Shown: positions 49,098 through 62,700 of the stretch, one piece after another
Layout of the letters: each line of letters opens with the position of its first letter
How positions within the stretch are numbered: the stretch's first letter is position 1
Source: Rhodospirillales bacterium
GTDB lineage: Bacteria; Pseudomonadota; Alphaproteobacteria; Rhodospirillales; UBA2165
Reading direction: 5' to 3'
Assembly (NCBI GenBank): GCA_965213765.1
Contig: OZ243926.1
Coordinates: 130,971 to 194,970 of the forward strand
DNA length: 64,000 nt
Notes under the pieces: generated by a model
What the model saw: the letters and a program-made list of their open reading frames with translations, nothing else
Told to the model about the DNA's origin: nothing
Database searches by the model: none
Made by a program: the position numbers and the translations under genes

Positions 49098-50111
49098 CTA
49101 GGCCGCGGCTCTTAGCTCGCCCTTCAGGCGGTCGTTGAACAGTTCCACCGAGTTGAGGCTTTCGGCCAGGGTGAGGTCGCCAAAGGCAAAGCGGCACATC
49201 ATGTAGTTGATGCCCGCCGTTTCAATCTGCCTCTGCAGCTCTTCGCCGACCTGGTCCGGCGTTCCGGCCACCGCCTGGCCGCTCTCGACAACGCCGTCGA
49301 ACTCTTCCGGATAATGGACGCCGATGGGCTCCTTGCCGTGTTCGTCCCAGAGCGCCATGAAGCTCCGCCGCCAAACGGGATAGGCGCGGCGGCCCATCTC
49401 CATTGCTGCCTCCCTGCTGTCGGCGAGGATCATATAGCGGGTCATGCCGATCTTGGGCTCGGGACCCGGCAACCGGGCATCGGCACGGGCTTCGCGGTAG
49501 GCGTCCGACACCTCGCGGACCCGCGCCGCCGGTGCGTTGGAGACGATGTTGACCCCGTTCCCGCCGGGCCAGCCGGCGCTTGCCGGGTTATGAATGCCGT
49601 ACCACAGTGGCGGATGGGGTTTCTGCACCGTGGTCAGCCGCATGGGCATGTTGTCGACCTGGAAGAATTCGCCGTCGTAGGTGAGGCGCTCGTTCCGAAT
49701 TCCGTGCAGAATAATCTCCAGCGCCTCGCGGTATTTGGCCGGGCCCTCATCGTAATCCAGGTCATAGTAGGAGAGCTCGATGGGGGAGATGCCCCGCCCG
49801 ACGCCGAGCTCGAAGCGTCCGCCGGACAACTGATCGAGCATGCAGATTTCTTCCAGCAACCGGATCGGGTGATACATGGGTACGCAATAGACCAAGGGGC
49901 CGAAACGGAGCCGCCGGGTGCGCTGCGCCACCGCGGCCAGAAAGACGCTCGGGCTCGGCGCCATGCCGAGCGGCGTCGCGTGGTGTTCGGCGACATGGTA
50001 GGCGTAGATGCCGATTTCGTCGTAGCGCTCGATAAGCCTCAGGCGGTCTTCGTAATAGTCGCTGCCCGCCTGCCCCGTCTGGTCGAGGTGATCGAAGATG
50101 CCGAAGTCCAT
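49098..50111 (-). CDS. LLM class flavin-dependent oxidoreductase
   Basis: VAEHHAT, PSPSVFLAAVAQRT and LDQLSGGRFELGVGRG motifs. Confidence 0.93.
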   Translation of the reverse strand: MDFGIFDHLDQTGQAGSDYYEDRLRLIERYDEIGIYAYHVAEHHATPLGMAPSPSVFLAAVAQRTRRLRFGPLVYCVPMYHPIRLLEEICMLDQLSGGRFELGVGRGISPIELSYYDLDYDEGPAKYREALEIILHGIRNERLTYDGEFFQVDNMPMRLTTVQKPHPPLWYGIHNPASAGWPGGNGVNIVSNAPAARVREVSDAYREARADARLPGPEPKIGMTRYMILADSREAAMEMGRRAYPVWRRSFMALWDEHGKEPIGVHYPEEFDGVVESGQAVAGTPDQVGEELQRQIETAGINYMMCRFAFGDLTLAESLNSVELFNDRLKGELRAAA

Positions 50112-50162
50112 GGAAGCCCGCCCCTTATTATTTGCGGGGCGAGCCTACACTACCGGTTTGGC

Positions 50163-51509
<1,347 letters not shown>

Positions 51510-51537
51510 TCAAAGGGAGACGCGCAAGGGCCGAGGT

Positions 51538-52376
51538 TTACAGCGCCACCGGCTTTGCCTTGGCGATCAGATCGATCTCCATCAGGGTCTCGACGACACC
51601 CTGCAGGTCGTCGAGTTTGACCATGTTGGGGCCGTCGCTGGGCGCGCTGTCCGGGTCCTCGTGGGTCTCCATGAACACCGCCGCGACGCCGACGGCGACG
51701 GCCGCCCGGGCGATCACCGGGGCGAACCGCCGATCGCCGCCGGAGGCATTCCCTTCGCCGCCCGGCTGCTGCACGGAATGGGTTGCGTCGATGACCACCG
51801 GCGCGCCGGTCCGGGCCATGATCGGCAGCGAGCGCATGTCGGTCACCAGTGTGTTGTAGCCGAAGCTCGCGCCCCGTTCGGTGACCATCACCTTGTCGTT
51901 GCCCGTGCTCTCGACCTTCTTGACCACGTTTTCCATGTCCCACGGGGCGAGAAACTGGCCCTTCTTGATGTTGACGGGCAGACCCGTTTCGCCGGCGGCG
52001 ATCAGCAGATCGGTCTGGCGGCACAGGAACGCGGGAATTTGCAGGACGTCCACCGAGTTGCCGATGCGCCGGCAATGGTCGATCTCGTGGATGTCGGTCA
52101 GCACCGGCAGGCCCGAGGTTTCGCGAACCTCCTGGAAGATGGGCATGGCGTCTTCGAGCCCGACTCCCCGCTCGCTCCGAACGCTCGTCCGGTTGGCCTT
52201 GTCGTAGGAGGTCTTGTAGATGATGCCGATACCCAGATTCTTACCGATCTCGGCGATCCGGCCCGACATGTCCAATGCATGCCGGCGGCTCTCCAGCGCG
52301 CAAGGACCGGCGATGATCGATAGCGGCAGGTCGTTGCCGATGGTGACGTCACCGACGGTGATATGGCGGGGCGTGG

Positions 52377-52380
<4 letters not shown>
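51538..52380 (-). CDS. kdsA: KDO-8-phosphate synthase
   Basis: AGPCALE, DKANRTS, QIPAFLCRQT and DATHSVQQPG motifs; GTG start at 52380. Confidence 0.96.
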
Positions 52381-54278
<1,898 letters not shown>

Positions 54279-54364
54279 TAGGAAGAGCGGAGACGGCATT
54301 TCTGCCGCCAAATCGCATTTTTTTGCCGCGACCGGCTGCCGCGCCCAATGTTAGGCGGCCGGGG

Positions 54365-54739
54365 CTACCGGGCCGGTGTCGTCGGCACCGAGGGAACACT
54401 CGGCACCGATGGATTGGCCGGCGCATTCACGGGTCCCTGGGGCGATTGCTGACCCGCCGGCGCACCGCCGTCGAGAATGGACCCCGGCGCGCTGCGGCTC
54501 TGCTCGTTGGCGATAATCGCCAAGGCCAGGCTGACCGCCATGAACGCCGCCGCGACGACGGCTGTCGCGCGGGTCAACAGGTTGGCCGTCGACCGGCTGG
54601 TCATGAAGCCGCCCATCCCGCCGCCGCCTCCACCGCCGCCGCCAATACCCAGGCCGCCGCCCTCGCTTTGCTGCAGCATGACGAGGCCGATCAGGGTCAG
54701 GGCCAGCATGACCAGAACAACGGTGAGTACAGGTACCAT
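54365..54739 (-). CDS. secG: Preprotein translocase subunit SecG
   Basis: LQQSEGGGLG...RSTANLLTRAT with two TM segments. Confidence 0.95.
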   Translation of the reverse strand: MVPVLTVVLVMLALTLIGLVMLQQSEGGGLGIGGGGGGGGGMGGFMTSRSTANLLTRATAVVAAAFMAVSLALAIIANEQSRSAPGSILDGGAPAGQQSPQGPVNAPANPSVPSVPSVPTTPAR

Positions 54740-54821
54740 GTCTTCCTCTGGGGCGTCCTCTCGGAATGAGGCGCGTCTTTTAGACCTTCCGAAGCGGCTT
54801 GGCCAGTATCAAGTTGCCTTA

Positions 54822-55586
54822 CTAGTTAGCCGGACCGACCGCGCCCGCAATGGCCAGAAAGTCATCCGCCTTCAAACTGGCGCCGCCGATCAGACCGCCA
54901 TCCACGTCGGGCAGCGACAGCAGGCTTTCGGCATTGTCCGGTTTCATGGAGCCGCCGTAAAGAAGCCGGACCCAGTCGGCCGCCCCGGCGCCGAGATGGG
55001 AGGCCAATCCGTTCCGGATGGCGGCGTGCGCCTCCTGAACTTCCCCGGTTGTCGGCGTGCGGCCGGTGCCGATTGCCCAGACCGGCTCATAGGCGATCAC
55101 CACCTCGGTCCCGCCGAGGTCCCTGGGACACGAGCCGGACAACTGACCGAGGACCACGTCCAGCGTCTTGCCGTCATCCCTCTCCTGTTCCGTTTCGCCG
55201 ATGCAGATGATCGGCACCAGACCGGCGGCACGGGCGGCCACGGCCTTGTCGTGAACCAGCGCATCCCTCTCTCCGTGACCGGTGCGGCGTTCCGAATGTC
55301 CGACAATGACGTAGGAACAGCCCAAATCCCTCAGCATGGCCGCACTGATATCACCGGTATGCGCCCCGCTCCCGGCGACATGGCAGTCCTGACCGCCGAC
55401 GGCGACGGACGATCCCGCAAGTTCATCGGCCGCGGCGGCGATCGCCGTTGCGGGCGGGCAAACGAGTAGCTCGCAACGCCCGCCGGTTTCCGCGGCGCCA
55501 TCGCGAACCCCGCGCGCCAACGTCCGGGCGGCGTCGGCGAGACCGTTCATTTTCCAGTTTCCGGCAATCAGGGGGCGTCGGGACAT
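54822..55586 (-). CDS. tpiA: Triosephosphate isomerase
   Basis: AGNWKMN, GHSERR, AYEPVWAIGTG and YGGS motifs. Confidence 0.98.
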   Translation of the reverse strand: MSRRPLIAGNWKMNGLADAARTLARGVRDGAAETGGRCELLVCPPATAIAAAADELAGSSVAVGGQDCHVAGSGAHTGDISAAMLRDLGCSYVIVGHSERRTGHGERDALVHDKAVAARAAGLVPIICIGETEQERDDGKTLDVVLGQLSGSCPRDLGGTEVVIAYEPVWAIGTGRTPTTGEVQEAHAAIRNGLASHLGAGAADWVRLLYGGSMKPDNAESLLSLPDVDGGLIGGASLKADDFLAIAGAVGPAN

Positions 55587-55682
55587 GGTTCGGGAACTCG
55601 TCAGGGGTAATGGCGGTGACGCGGGTGCGGAGCCGCTTGTGTAGCATTTTTGGCGTCCGAGTCCAGCGCCCGGAACGCCGTG

Positions 55683-56672
55683 CTACTTGCCGCGCTTCAA
55701 GGCCGGGTTGAAGATCGACTTGAACCCGAACACGGCATCTTCATTCGTGTCCACCGAGACCTCCACGGCGTGCATATGGGCCGCGCCATAGACTTCCAAC
55801 GCCGTGACATTCGGCGCCCGCTGGGGGAACGGGTGGAAAATCCGGAAGTTGTGGCTGTCGCCGAAGATCAGCAGGACAGGCATCTTGTATTCGGCGGCGC
55901 GACGAATGAGGAGCTCGCCAAAACGGCTGAAACCAACCCCCTCGGTGAACTTCTCGGTCTTTTTGTTGAGACTCCCGTAGTCGAAAATATTGGCATGAAT
56001 GGCAACGACCACCGCCGCGGCGCCGGCGGCTGCCGCCTTATCGAACCCGTCCTTGAGCCATGCCACGTTTGCCTTGTCCCGTGCCTCGAACTCCAAAACC
56101 GCCGCGGCGCTTGCCGGGTTGCCGGGCCTGGCATTTGCGAGGGTCCGGTTATTGTTGTTGGACCCCACCACATGGGCCAGAACGAACCAAACGCCGTCCC
56201 GGCTGAACCGGCTGTTCTCGACGTAGCGCGTATGAGCGGGCATGAGGTCGGACTGGCGCTCAATGGGAATCGGTGATTTCCCAAGGCTCGTCGGCTTATC
56301 GAAATAGGTGCGCCGAATAAAACTCAGCCGCTCGATCGGATCAAACCGGCCTGCCTTCAAACGGTGGCAGTCCGTCCATTCGTTGTCGCCGGGCGTGTAG
56401 ACCACCGCAGTCTCGAAGTCGTTCATAAAGCGCTTCTGGTCGAGAAGCATTCGATCGGTGCATGGGGTGGACCCGGATTTGGTGTCGCCGATGTGCAGCG
56501 TAAACGCCGGCGCCTTCGCATTGATGTCGGCGATCAGCCGCTCGAAAGGCGGATAGACCTTTGCCGGCGAGCCGTAAGGCATGTCGCCGAGGGCGACGAA
56601 CTTGAACTCCGCCGCCGGGGCCGGGGTGGCGATGCAAAGACCGACAAGCGCCAGAAAAAATCCGTTCTTCAT
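55683..56672 (-). CDS. Secreted calcineurin-like metallophosphoesterase
   Basis: Signal peptide; GDMPY, HIGD, PGDNEW and FGDSH motifs; start ATG 56672 or GTG 56696. Confidence 0.8.
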   Translation of the reverse strand: MKNGFFLALVGLCIATPAPAAEFKFVALGDMPYGSPAKVYPPFERLIADINAKAPAFTLHIGDTKSGSTPCTDRMLLDQKRFMNDFETAVVYTPGDNEWTDCHRLKAGRFDPIERLSFIRRTYFDKPTSLGKSPIPIERQSDLMPAHTRYVENSRFSRDGVWFVLAHVVGSNNNNRTLANARPGNPASAAAVLEFEARDKANVAWLKDGFDKAAAAGAAAVVVAIHANIFDYGSLNKKTEKFTEGVGFSRFGELLIRRAAEYKMPVLLIFGDSHNFRIFHPFPQRAPNVTALEVYGAAHMHAVEVSVDTNEDAVFGFKSIFNPALKRGK

Positions 56673-56759
56673 CCGTCTCAGTTCGCCAATACGCACTTAC
56701 CGTCGAATGACCGTAGCCGCCGTGCCGAAACCGTGCAAGCCGATTGACCGAGCCCGGCG

Positions 56760-56788
56760 TTGATTGCCCGGGGTCACACTCCTATGAT
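56760..56788 (+). promoter_or_regulatory. Candidate sigma70 promoter for ppiD-trpE
   Basis: TTGATT-17 nt-TATGAT. Confidence 0.6.
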
Positions 56789-56851
56789 GCCGCCGCTTCG
56801 GCGCGGGGTGGTACAGTCCCCATCGTTTCAACTCGTCAGCGGACCTGAGTC

Positions 56852-58750
56852 ATGTTGAATGTCTTTAAGAAAAGAGTCCTGAAATTCGCCACCTACATCC
56901 TGTTCGGCATTCTGATTCTCAGCTTCGGCATTTGGGGTATCGGCGATCATATCCCGGGCGCCCGGCAGGCCGCCAGCCAGATTGTCGCCACGGTCGGCGA
57001 CCACGACATCACACGGCACGAAGTGGGCCGCGAGGTCTCGCAGCAGATCCGGCGCTTCCGCCAGCTCCTCGGCACCAACATTGACGCGACCCAGGCCCGG
57101 GAAATGGGACTGTTGGACGCCGCCCTCGAGAACATCGTCCAGCGTGATCTTCTTACCATCGGCGCGAACGATCTCGGTCTCCTGATCGGTGACGATGTGG
57201 TCCGCGGCAACATCCAAACGGACGAGCGGTTCCGGACGCCGCAGGGAGCGTTCAACCGCGTCGCCTTTGACCAGGCCCTCCGCAGCAACGGTCTTACCGA
57301 GGCCGGTTACGTCGCCCTGCTGCGCAACACGCTCCTCCGCCAGCAATATCTGAGCGGCCTCGATGCCGGGGAGGCGCTGCCCTCGACCATGGTGAATCAA
57401 GTGTACCGCTACCGGAACCAACGGCGGGTCGCCGAGGTTATTCGGTTGGACAACTCCGCGGTCAGGAACGTCGGTGAACCGGATTCGGCCGCACTCCGGG
57501 AATTTCATCAGCGGAACGCCGCCCGGTTCACCGCGCCGGAGTACCGCGCGCTGACCCTGGCGGAGCTGAAGACCGGGGATATTCTCGACGAAATCGACGT
57601 AACCGATGAGGCCATCGAGGAAGAATACCAGGCCCAGATCGCCCGGTACTCGACGCCGGCCCAGCGGGAGCTCCGGCAAATCCTCGTGGAGGACGAATCC
57701 AAGGTTCGTGACGCCTACACCAAACTTTCCCTCGGCGAAGATTTCGCCAAGGTTGCCGAGGAGGTCGCGGGGTTGGGGCCTGCCGATACCGATCTTGGGC
57801 TGTTAAGCCGCGATCAGGTACCGCTGCCGGAATTGGCCGAGGCGGCCTTCGTTCTGGATTCGGGAACAATCAGCCGGCCCATCAAGACCGATTTGGGTTG
57901 GCATATTGTCCGCGTCGGCGAGGTTCAGGAGGCGACAGTTCAGCCCTTGAGCGAGGTGCGGGATGAGATCCGCCGCGTGCTGGCCGAAGACAAGGCGGTT
58001 GATGAACTGTTCGGGCTGGCCAACCGGTTCGAAGACGCGCTCGGCGGCGGGGCCGCCATCGAAGAGGCGGCGCGGCAATTGAATATCAATGTCCGCAAGA
58101 TCGACGCGCTGTCCGCGGCGGGCACTGATGCCCGGGACCAGCCGGTGGAAGGCATCAACCTTCAAAGCCCGATCCTCCGGACCGCGTTCGAAACCGAACA
58201 GGGTCAGGAGAGCGCCCTGAGTGACCTCGGCGACAACGGCTATTTCATCCTCCGGGTGGACCGTGTGACGCCGCCGGCATTGCGGCCTTTGGACAGCATC
58301 CGCGACCGCGTTGCCGCGGCCTGGAAGGACGCGGCGCGCGCCAAGGCGACCCGAAAACGGGCCGAAAATCTCGTCGCCCGCCTCAAAAGCGGTGTCACGC
58401 TACGCGAATTGAGCAACCTGGACGGCGCCGAGATTTCGGAGACCAAGCCATTTATTCGCACGGGTCAAGGCTTGGAGAAGCCGCTGCCCGGCGAACTAAT
58501 CACCGAATTGTTCGGCACCGACCGGGGTGGCGTGGTCGCGGCGGCGGGAGACGGCGCGCACTACGTTGCCCGCTTGAAAGATGTCGTTGCCGCCGTTCCC
58601 TCCGCCGATCGGGATGGCTTGAGTGCCGTCCGGGGCCAGATCGCCGGCGATATCGGGGCGGATCTGACCGCCCAATTCACTCAGGCGCTCCGCCACCGTC
58701 ACGGGGTGACGGTCAACCGGGCCAGTCTCGAACAATCCTATCAGCAGTGA
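56852..58750 (+). CDS. ppiD: PpiD-like periplasmic chaperone/PPIase
   Basis: N-terminal TM (SFGIWGI), SurA-N domain and parvulin remnant (KTDLGWHIV). Confidence 0.9.
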   Translation: MLNVFKKRVLKFATYILFGILILSFGIWGIGDHIPGARQAASQIVATVGDHDITRHEVGREVSQQIRRFRQLLGTNIDATQAREMGLLDAALENIVQRDLLTIGANDLGLLIGDDVVRGNIQTDERFRTPQGAFNRVAFDQALRSNGLTEAGYVALLRNTLLRQQYLSGLDAGEALPSTMVNQVYRYRNQRRVAEVIRLDNSAVRNVGEPDSAALREFHQRNAARFTAPEYRALTLAELKTGDILDEIDVTDEAIEEEYQAQIARYSTPAQRELRQILVEDESKVRDAYTKLSLGEDFAKVAEEVAGLGPADTDLGLLSRDQVPLPELAEAAFVLDSGTISRPIKTDLGWHIVRVGEVQEATVQPLSEVRDEIRRVLAEDKAVDELFGLANRFEDALGGGAAIEEAARQLNINVRKIDALSAAGTDARDQPVEGINLQSPILRTAFETEQGQESALSDLGDNGYFILRVDRVTPPALRPLDSIRDRVAAAWKDAARAKATRKRAENLVARLKSGVTLRELSNLDGAEISETKPFIRTGQGLEKPLPGELITELFGTDRGGVVAAAGDGAHYVARLKDVVAAVPSADRDGLSAVRGQIAGDIGADLTAQFTQALRHRHGVTVNRASLEQSYQQ

Positions 58751-60297
58751 CCGAATTCACGCCCGATTTTTCGACGTTTGCCGAAGCGTTCGGCCGGGGC
58801 CAGGCGCAGGTCGTCTCGACCCGGCTGATTGCCGATCTGGAAACGCCGGTCTCGGCGATGATCAAGCTGGCGCAAGGTCAGCCCAACAGCTTCCTGCTCG
58901 AATCCGTCGAGGGCGGGGCCATTCGCGGCCGCTATTCCTTCGTCGGGCTGCGTCCGGACCTGATCTGGCGCTGCCGGGGGAATATGGCGGAAATCAACCG
59001 CCAGGCACGCGATGACGCGGGCGCATTCGAGCCCTGTCCCATCGCCGTGGCGAACGGGACCTTGGCCTCGTTCCGCTCCCTGCTCGCCGAATCCCGTATA
59101 GATTTGCCCGAGGGCATGCCGCCGATGGCCGCCGGTCTCTTCGGCTATCTCGGCTACGACGCCGTACGCCTGGCCGAGGCCATTCCAGACGAGAACCCGA
59201 CCCATATCGACGTGCCGGACGGGCAGTTCGTCCGTCCGACGGTGATCGCCGTATTCGACGCCGTGGACGATACGGTTTCGGTGGTCACTCCGGTATGGGC
59301 GGATAATGCGGCCACCGCCGAAGCCGCCTATGACGCGGCCCGCGCGCGCCTGGAGCGGGTGGTCGCGGATTTGGAAGGTCCTGTGCCCTCGAACGGTTCC
59401 GATCCCCATGAATTCGAGGATAGCCTGCCGGCCGTCGGCGAGCCCAACTCGAACATGGAGCCCGCGGATTTTCATCGGATGGTGGAACGAGCAAAAGAAT
59501 ACATCCGGGCCGGCGACATCTTTCAGGTGGTGCTGTCGCAGCGGTTTTCGGTACCGTTTTCCCTGCCGCCCCTATCGCTCTACCGGGCGCTTAGGCGAGT
59601 CAACCCGTCGCCGTTTCTGTTCATCCTCGACTTCGATGAGTTCGCGATCATCGGTTCCAGCCCGGAGCTTCTGGTACGCCTTCGCGACGGCCGGGTCACC
59701 ATCCGGCCCATCGCCGGCACCCGGCCGCGGGGAGAAAACGCCGCCGCCGACAAGGCTTTGGCCAACGACCTGCTCGCCGACCCCAAGGAACTGGCCGAGC
59801 ATCTGATGCTGCTCGATCTCGGGCGCAACGATGTGGGCCGGGTGGCCCAAGTGGGTACCGTCGATGTCACCGACCGGATGGTCATCGAGCTCTACTCCCA
59901 CGTCATGCACATCGTCTCCAATGTCGAAGGCGAACTTGCCGAAGAGCACGACGAAATCGACGCCCTGCTCTCCGGTTTTCCCGCCGGCACGGTTTCCGGC
60001 GCGCCGAAGGTGCGGGCCATGGAGATCATCGACGAGCTGGAACCGTCCCGTCGCGGCATCTATGCCGGCTGCATCGGCTATTTCGGCGCCAACGGCGACG
60101 TGGATACCTGCATCGCGCTCAGGACGGCCGTGCTGAAGGATGAGACTTTATTCGTCCAGGCGGGTGGCGGCATCGTCGCCGATTCCGATCCCCGATCGGA
60201 GTTTGAGGAAAGCCGGAACAAGGCCCGGGCGCTGATCCGGGCGGCCGAGGAAGCTGTCCGCTTCGCCGGCGGAAGAGCGGGCAACCGATCATTCTAG
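58747..60297 (+). CDS. trpE: Anthranilate synthase component I
   Basis: LLESVEGG, GDIFQVVLS, NPSPF, KELAEHLMLLDLGRND and PAGTVSGAPK motifs. Confidence 0.96.
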   Translation: MTEFTPDFSTFAEAFGRGQAQVVSTRLIADLETPVSAMIKLAQGQPNSFLLESVEGGAIRGRYSFVGLRPDLIWRCRGNMAEINRQARDDAGAFEPCPIAVANGTLASFRSLLAESRIDLPEGMPPMAAGLFGYLGYDAVRLAEAIPDENPTHIDVPDGQFVRPTVIAVFDAVDDTVSVVTPVWADNAATAEAAYDAARARLERVVADLEGPVPSNGSDPHEFEDSLPAVGEPNSNMEPADFHRMVERAKEYIRAGDIFQVVLSQRFSVPFSLPPLSLYRALRRVNPSPFLFILDFDEFAIIGSSPELLVRLRDGRVTIRPIAGTRPRGENAAADKALANDLLADPKELAEHLMLLDLGRNDVGRVAQVGTVDVTDRMVIELYSHVMHIVSNVEGELAEEHDEIDALLSGFPAGTVSGAPKVRAMEIIDELEPSRRGIYAGCIGYFGANGDVDTCIALRTAVLKDETLFVQAGGGIVADSDPRSEFEESRNKARALIRAAEEAVRFAGGRAGNRSF

Positions 60298-60452
60298 TTG
60301 GCGGCGTCCACCTGGGCCGCAACGCCCAAACCAGGCTAAAACCCTCCTAAAACCTAGGATTTTTCTTTTATTCAACTTCACAACAGTTTTTCTGTTTCCT
60401 AACATGAACACGTGCCGGTATCGGACCGGCACTCATCGGGAGAGAACTTGTA

Positions 60453-61142
60453 ATGCTCAGACGGTTGCTGTTGCTGGCCGTGTTGCCGTTGAGCGCGTGT
60501 CAGACCGCAGGCAGCGATCCCGATTTAGCCGTCAGGGTTTTTGATCAGCTGGCGTACCGTGGCACCGCAGGCGCTCACCCCAATTCGCTCCAGCTTATGC
60601 TCGAGACCGACTACGAGAAGGGCCGCCTTAGCCGTTGGGAGGAACCGGTCCGGGTTGCCGTCGACGGTGTTTCTTCGACGGACAAGGCGTACGCCCGAAT
60701 CCGGCGGATTATGGCCGAATTGGGCGCTGTTGCCGGAACCGAAATCAATTACATCGAACCGGACGGCAGCGGGCGTAAGGGAAACTTTCGGTTTAGTTTT
60801 CTGGATCAGGAAAACCTGATCATCAACAAGTCGGAATTTGCGGCCTGTGCCGCCCGGGTGAACCTCTATGGCGATGGCAGGATCAAGAGCGTCCATGTCC
60901 GTATCGCGATGAAAAACGCGAAACGGCTGCAACGTTGCATCTATCACGAGGTGCTGCACGGCTTTGGTCTCGCACATACGACGTTGGTGCCGTCGGTAAT
61001 GAATTACGGTTCCGAGGCAGACAGCCCCACCGCCTGGGACCTGATGGTTCTCCGGACCATGTACAGCAAGACCTTCGAGTCGGGCATGACCCGGGAGGAT
61101 TCACTTCATTTGGCGCGGCGCGCCGTTCAAACATCGCAATAA
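60453..61142 (+). CDS. DUF2927-like metzincin lipoprotein
   Basis: LSAC lipobox, HEVLHGFGLAH zinc motif and SVMNY Met-turn. Confidence 0.75.
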   Translation: MLRRLLLLAVLPLSACQTAGSDPDLAVRVFDQLAYRGTAGAHPNSLQLMLETDYEKGRLSRWEEPVRVAVDGVSSTDKAYARIRRIMAELGAVAGTEINYIEPDGSGRKGNFRFSFLDQENLIINKSEFAACAARVNLYGDGRIKSVHVRIAMKNAKRLQRCIYHEVLHGFGLAHTTLVPSVMNYGSEADSPTAWDLMVLRTMYSKTFESGMTREDSLHLARRAVQTSQ

Positions 61143-61156
61143 TTGGAGGTTGAAGG

Positions 61157-62113
61157 ATGGGAATGGGATTAACCCGGATCGGGACCGGCGCGTTGGTTGC
61201 CGTGCTCGCGGGCTGCGTGACGGCCCCCAAGACCGGCCAGGAAAACATCTCCGCGAGTGAGAGTCCGTTGTTATTTGCGCACCCGGACGGCCTGTCCATG
61301 CAGGCGCGGCATTTTCGCCGCTTCGATCCCGGAAATACCGGTGCCAACATCTATCACGGCAGCTGGCGACCGTCAGGCGGCGGCCAGAGACCGTTCTTCT
61401 TCGCCAATTATTACTCGACGGGACCCGGGTATGAATTTACCAGTACCTCCACTGACGATGCCAAGCGTTACGTGACCGGTCTCAAATTCGGCAAGAGCGG
61501 CAAACCGGCCTTGGGCGCCGCAGGAACCGCGCGGAACAAATTCGGTATCGTCAGCGTACAGCACTTCAGCGTGGCCGGCAGCGCATGCTTTGGGTTCTTC
61601 CAATACTTTGGCGACGCGACTTTCGGCACCACTCAGGGAACCGAACGGCTCCATGGATTTTATTGCGGCAGCGGGGCCGATACGCTGCCGAGTTCCAAGG
61701 TCAGCGCCGTCATGAACTCCATCGGTGTGAAGGGACACCACGTGCCCCCCGCGGTTGCGGCGGTGGTTGAGCGGCAAGGTGCGAGTTCACCGGTCAGCAA
61801 CTTCATTGTCAACATCGACTGGGCGGGCCGCTTTGACGGCCTGAGTGGCCGCATGTCGGCCTCCAATACCGAGGGCCGGAATGGGCGGATTGCGGTATCG
61901 CTGCCCAACCGTGCCGGGACCTGCACAGGTCAATGGCAGGTGCGTTCCGGCGCGTACGGATCGGCCCAAGTGCCGACCGGTAGCTGGAATCTGCTGTGCA
62001 CCAACGGCCTCAAGGCTTCAGGAAACTTTACCAGCCGGACAAGAGGTAATGGATCCGGCTCGGGAAAGGACGTGGACGGCAATGCGGTAAGCTTCAGTTT
62101 CTGGCCCGCTTGA
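61157..62113 (+). CDS. Hypothetical lipoprotein
   Basis: LAGC lipobox; GGAGG RBS; Cys pairs; Gly-rich beta-type C-terminal domain. Confidence 0.75.
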   Translation: MGMGLTRIGTGALVAVLAGCVTAPKTGQENISASESPLLFAHPDGLSMQARHFRRFDPGNTGANIYHGSWRPSGGGQRPFFFANYYSTGPGYEFTSTSTDDAKRYVTGLKFGKSGKPALGAAGTARNKFGIVSVQHFSVAGSACFGFFQYFGDATFGTTQGTERLHGFYCGSGADTLPSSKVSAVMNSIGVKGHHVPPAVAAVVERQGASSPVSNFIVNIDWAGRFDGLSGRMSASNTEGRNGRIAVSLPNRAGTCTGQWQVRSGAYGSAQVPTGSWNLLCTNGLKASGNFTSRTRGNGSGSGKDVDGNAVSFSFWPA

Positions 62114-62251
62114 GCAAATCCGGGGATATTCGAATGCCGGCGGCGCGCAAGGAAAGTCGCGGCATGGGTCGTTCGTGCGGTTGGGTCATGACGGCCGGGT
62201 TCGAAGATATCCGGTCCGCACTGTAGGCGGTTCCCTTTAACGGATCACGAA

Positions 62252-62656
62252 CTAGCCTTCAGCGGCCGTATCGGCGGAAAGGCCGTCGATGATCGGGCAG
62301 TCAGGCCGGTCGTCCCCATGGCATTTCTCGGCCAGTTGCCGAAGGGTTTGCCGCATGGATTGGAGATGAGCGATCCGCTGTTCGATCTCGGCGATATGGC
62401 GTTCGGTCAACGCCTTTACCTCGGCGCTCGCCCGATTGCGGTCCTGCCAAAGATCCAACAGATCACCGACATCGCGAATGGAAAAACCCAAATCCCGGGC
62501 CCGATGGATAAATCTCAGGGTCTCGAGGTCGTCGGGCGAGTATTCCCTGTACCCGTTCTCGGCGCGCCGCGGTGCCGGGCCAAGCCCGATGCTTTCGTAA
62601 TAGCGGATGGTCTTCGCCGCGATCCCGGATTTGTCGGCCACTTCGCTGATATTCAT
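62252..62656 (-). CDS. cueR: Cu(I)-responsive MerR-family regulator
   Basis: MNISEVA...KTIRYYE and C-terminal CHGDDRPDCPII metal loop. Confidence 0.93.
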   Translation of the reverse strand: MNISEVADKSGIAAKTIRYYESIGLGPAPRRAENGYREYSPDDLETLRFIHRARDLGFSIRDVGDLLDLWQDRNRASAEVKALTERHIAEIEQRIAHLQSMRQTLRQLAEKCHGDDRPDCPIIDGLSADTAAEG

Positions 62657-62700
62657 TCCGATCCTCGAACGAATTGCCTGCATCTGAAGTTAGATTGCGG

